DNA from: Hypanus sabinus
Taxonomy: Eukaryota
Direction of reading: 5' to 3'
NCBI RefSeq assembly: GCF_030144855.1
Contig: NC_082722.1
Location: 38,254,001-38,318,000 of the forward strand
Length of the DNA stretch: 64,000 nucleotides
A program made the position numbers and the translations under genes. This document shows positions 62,171-64,000 of the stretch, one piece after another. The notes beneath the pieces were generated by a model, which was not told the DNA's origin, did no database searches, and was given only the letters and a program-made list of their open reading frames with translations. Numbering within the stretch: position 1 is the first letter of the stretch; each line of letters opens with the position of its first letter.

Positions 62171-63151
62171 CCTCATTTAGGAAAAGAATCTCGCATGACT
62201 GCACCGTCTGAGGTGACTTCTTTCTACTGAGATGTTGAAATGAGGCTCCATTTGTTAGTACTGAAGATTTCATGCCACTATCTTTAAAAGTATAAGTGCA
62301 GATCTGCTTTGTTCAGCATTAATTACGTAGAATCATTGTTGTTTGGGGGAGAAGTGCAAAAACTGTCTTCCATATTTTCAACATTTTAAGAGATCGTGCT
62401 TCAAAAATACTTGACAGTAGATTACTTTGAAAAATCCGAGAAGATATGTGAAAGAGATAAAATGTAGACTTTTTTTTTAAAGAGTGTGCTTACTAACAAA
62501 TATGTCAGATATTTGCTACAGTGACTTAGGCATTGCAGGTGTATTACAAAAGCTTAATGCAACAGTAATCTTCGGTGCCATGGAAGGAATGCCCTGCTCT
62601 ATCTAGAAAGAGTATTTGGAACTACTTACAGAGGAAGGCATAGATCTCTTGTAATCATTCTTGCAAAGCAGATCACACACAAACCCAGTTTCAGATCATT
62701 TTAAGAGACTGAAGGAAAGTTCCATAAAATGATCATTGGGTGGTAGGCAAAAGTCCTCTCACTTCCACTTCATGATGTAGTGCTATCAAAATTCCCATAT
62801 AAGTCCCATTTTACTTTTCTGTGAAGTAAGTGGCAATTGTAAGCTATAAAGTTCTAGCAAGCTATATTGACAAAGTCACACATTGGAAGTAAATGTAATC
62901 AAATGTCAATACAAGAAGAAAGTACTTCATTGGCTGTAAAGTGCTTTGAGACATCCCCTAGGATTGTGGTAATCTAGAGCTTAATGCCTTTTCTCCCTCA
63001 TAGGACAGATATTGAAAGACAACTCCTTTGCTGACAGTGCATTGTCATGTGTTATACATGAAGTGATGTGAGCAGTTTATAACTTTATAGATAAGTTTCA
63101 CCACCATTATAAATAAGCTTCTTTAAACATGAAGACAGAATCACCATCAAA

Positions 63152-63950
63152 TTAGACAATAGACAATAGACATTAGGTGCAGAAGTAGACCATTCAGCCC
63201 TTCAAGCGTGCACTGCCATTTTGAGATCATGGCTGATCAATTACTATCAATACCCGGTTCCTGCCTTGTCCCCATATCCCTTGATTCCCCTATCCATAAG
63301 ATACCTATCTAGCTCCTTCTTGAAAGCATCCAGAGAATTGGCCTCCACTACCTTCCGAGGCAGTGCATTCCAGACCCCCACAACTCTCTGGGAGAAGAAG
63401 TTTTTCCTTAACTCTGTCCTAAATGACCTACCCCCTTATTCTCAAACCATGCCCTCTGGTACTGGACTCTCCCAGCATCTGGAACATATCTCCTTCCTCT
63501 ATCTTGTCCAATCCCTTAATAATCTTATATGTTTCAATCAGATCCCCTCTCAATCTCCTTATTTCCAGCGTGTACAAGCCCAGTCTCTCTAACCTCTCTG
63601 TGTAAGACAGTCCAGACATCCCAGGAATTAACCTCGTGAATCTACGCTGCACATCCTTTACAGCCAGGATGTCCTTCCTTAACCCTGGAGACCAAAACTG
63701 TAAACAATACTCCAGGTGTGGTCTCACCAGGGCTCTGTACAAATGCAAGAGGATTTCCTTGCTCTTGTACTCAATTCCCTTTGTAATAAAGGCCAACATT
63801 CCATTAGCCTTCTTCACTGCCTGCTGCACTTGCTCATTCACCTTCAGTGACTGATGAACAAGGACTCCGAGATCTCTTTGTATTTCTCCCTTACCCAACT
63901 CTACACTGTTCAGATAATAATCTGCCTTCCTGTTCTTACTCCCAAATTGC
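63152..63950 (-). mobile_element. Relatively young CR1 LINE 3' fragment
   Basis: Open frame QRDLGVLVH.SLK...AVKKANGMLAFI.KGIEYKS...LYRALVRPHLEYC.QFWSP...RRLRGDLIETYKI; tandem tail TAGACAATAGACAATAGAC on the plus strand. Confidence 0.92.
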
Positions 63951-64000
63951 ACTAACGTTTCTGATGTCATTCTCCTAAAGTCAACCAAACTGGGCAGATT

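Overview
This is AT-rich, repeat-dense vertebrate DNA. The repeat content (V-SINE/HE1-type SINEs, CR1 and Rex/Babar LINEs, Neptune-type Penelope repeats) points to a cartilaginous fish, probably a ray; that assignment is inference. I recognise no host protein-coding exon, so the window is intronic or intergenic, and nearly all interpretable ORFs are decayed transposon fragments. Main contents: (1) A Penelope-like element (PLE) family whose pseudo-LTR carries a minimal hammerhead-ribozyme motif, CTGA(C/T)GA-stem II-GAAA-(C/T)GTC^GAC. It includes a ~900-bp inverted-arm insertion with a GIY-YIG remnant, two ribozyme copies and a 14-bp target-site duplication (TSD) at 57857-58762. Several short copies have truncation or fold-back junctions that fall on the ribozyme. 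(2) A complete but internally deleted LTR retrotransposon (7727-11144) with a tRNA-Pro primer-binding site (PBS) and a frameshifted PNMA-like gag that the ORF track does not show. (3) A four-level nest at 32167-37149 (Tigger > Gypsy > Rex > hAT MITE, plus a solo LTR in the Gypsy RT) and a three-level nest at 54779-59132 (Tc1 > Rex > PLE). (4) hAT and Tigger relics and MITEs, solo LTRs, many LINE/SINE fragments and a 136-N assembly gap. (5) A few unique, CpG-retaining stretches that may be conserved non-coding elements. Boundaries without a TSD or terminal inverted repeat (TIR) are approximate.
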